Origin: Octopus sinensis
Taxonomy: Eukaryota
Direction: 5' to 3'
Assembly (NCBI RefSeq): GCF_006345805.1
Contig: NC_043018.1
Coordinates: forward strand, 14,446,001 to 14,510,000
DNA length: 64,000 bases
Both the position numbers and the translations under genes were made by a program. The notes beneath the pieces are model-generated. The model was not told the origin of the DNA. It saw nothing but the letters and a program-made list of their open reading frames with translations, and searched no databases. Position 1 is the first letter of the stretch. Each line of letters starts with the position of its first letter. This document shows positions 63,991 through 64,000 of the stretch, one piece after another.

Positions 63991-64000
63991 AATCTCAGAC

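Overview
Eukaryotic, AT-rich, microsatellite- and SINE-dense genomic DNA. It is most likely an octopus (coleoid cephalopod), inferred from the repeat landscape and not proven. Nearly all entries in the ORF track are simple-repeat artefacts; the real genes are spliced. (1) Bases 1-32 kb hold a cluster of small three-exon precursor genes: a signal-peptide exon, a pro exon, and a terminal exon encoding an 8-Cys knottin/agatoxin-like core (C-x4-C-x5..11-CC-x4-CxC-x5-CxC) plus a conserved hydrophobic GPI-like C-terminal tail. On the minus strand a single signal exon (31600-31537) and a single pro exon (30583-30523) sit upstream of three tandem, phase-compatible terminal exons (28261, 25353, 22926), each with its own AATAAA. 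This looks like one gene with alternative 'toxin' last exons. A plus-strand paralog (7165/9052/11235) has an extra degenerate terminal exon at 10258. A further terminal exon at 1448 has its 5' exons outside the window. Cores are hypervariable while tails, introns and UTRs are conserved, and cores and tails have been shuffled between copies. (2) GCLM (glutamate-cysteine ligase modifier subunit) is on the minus strand, six coding exons at 56997-49957; its first coding exon was not found. (3) The rest is TE debris: a young truncated Gypsy LTR element upstream of the knottin gene, two Penelope-like elements, R4/Dong-, CR1- and RTE-like LINE pieces, mariner and Merlin fragments, Helitron-like elements and many tRNA-derived SINEs. 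There is also a 1.7-kb inverted duplication, a 45-bp minisatellite and large microsatellites. Gene models were assembled by hand from splice signals and frame; no expression data or database searches were available, and TE boundaries are approximate.
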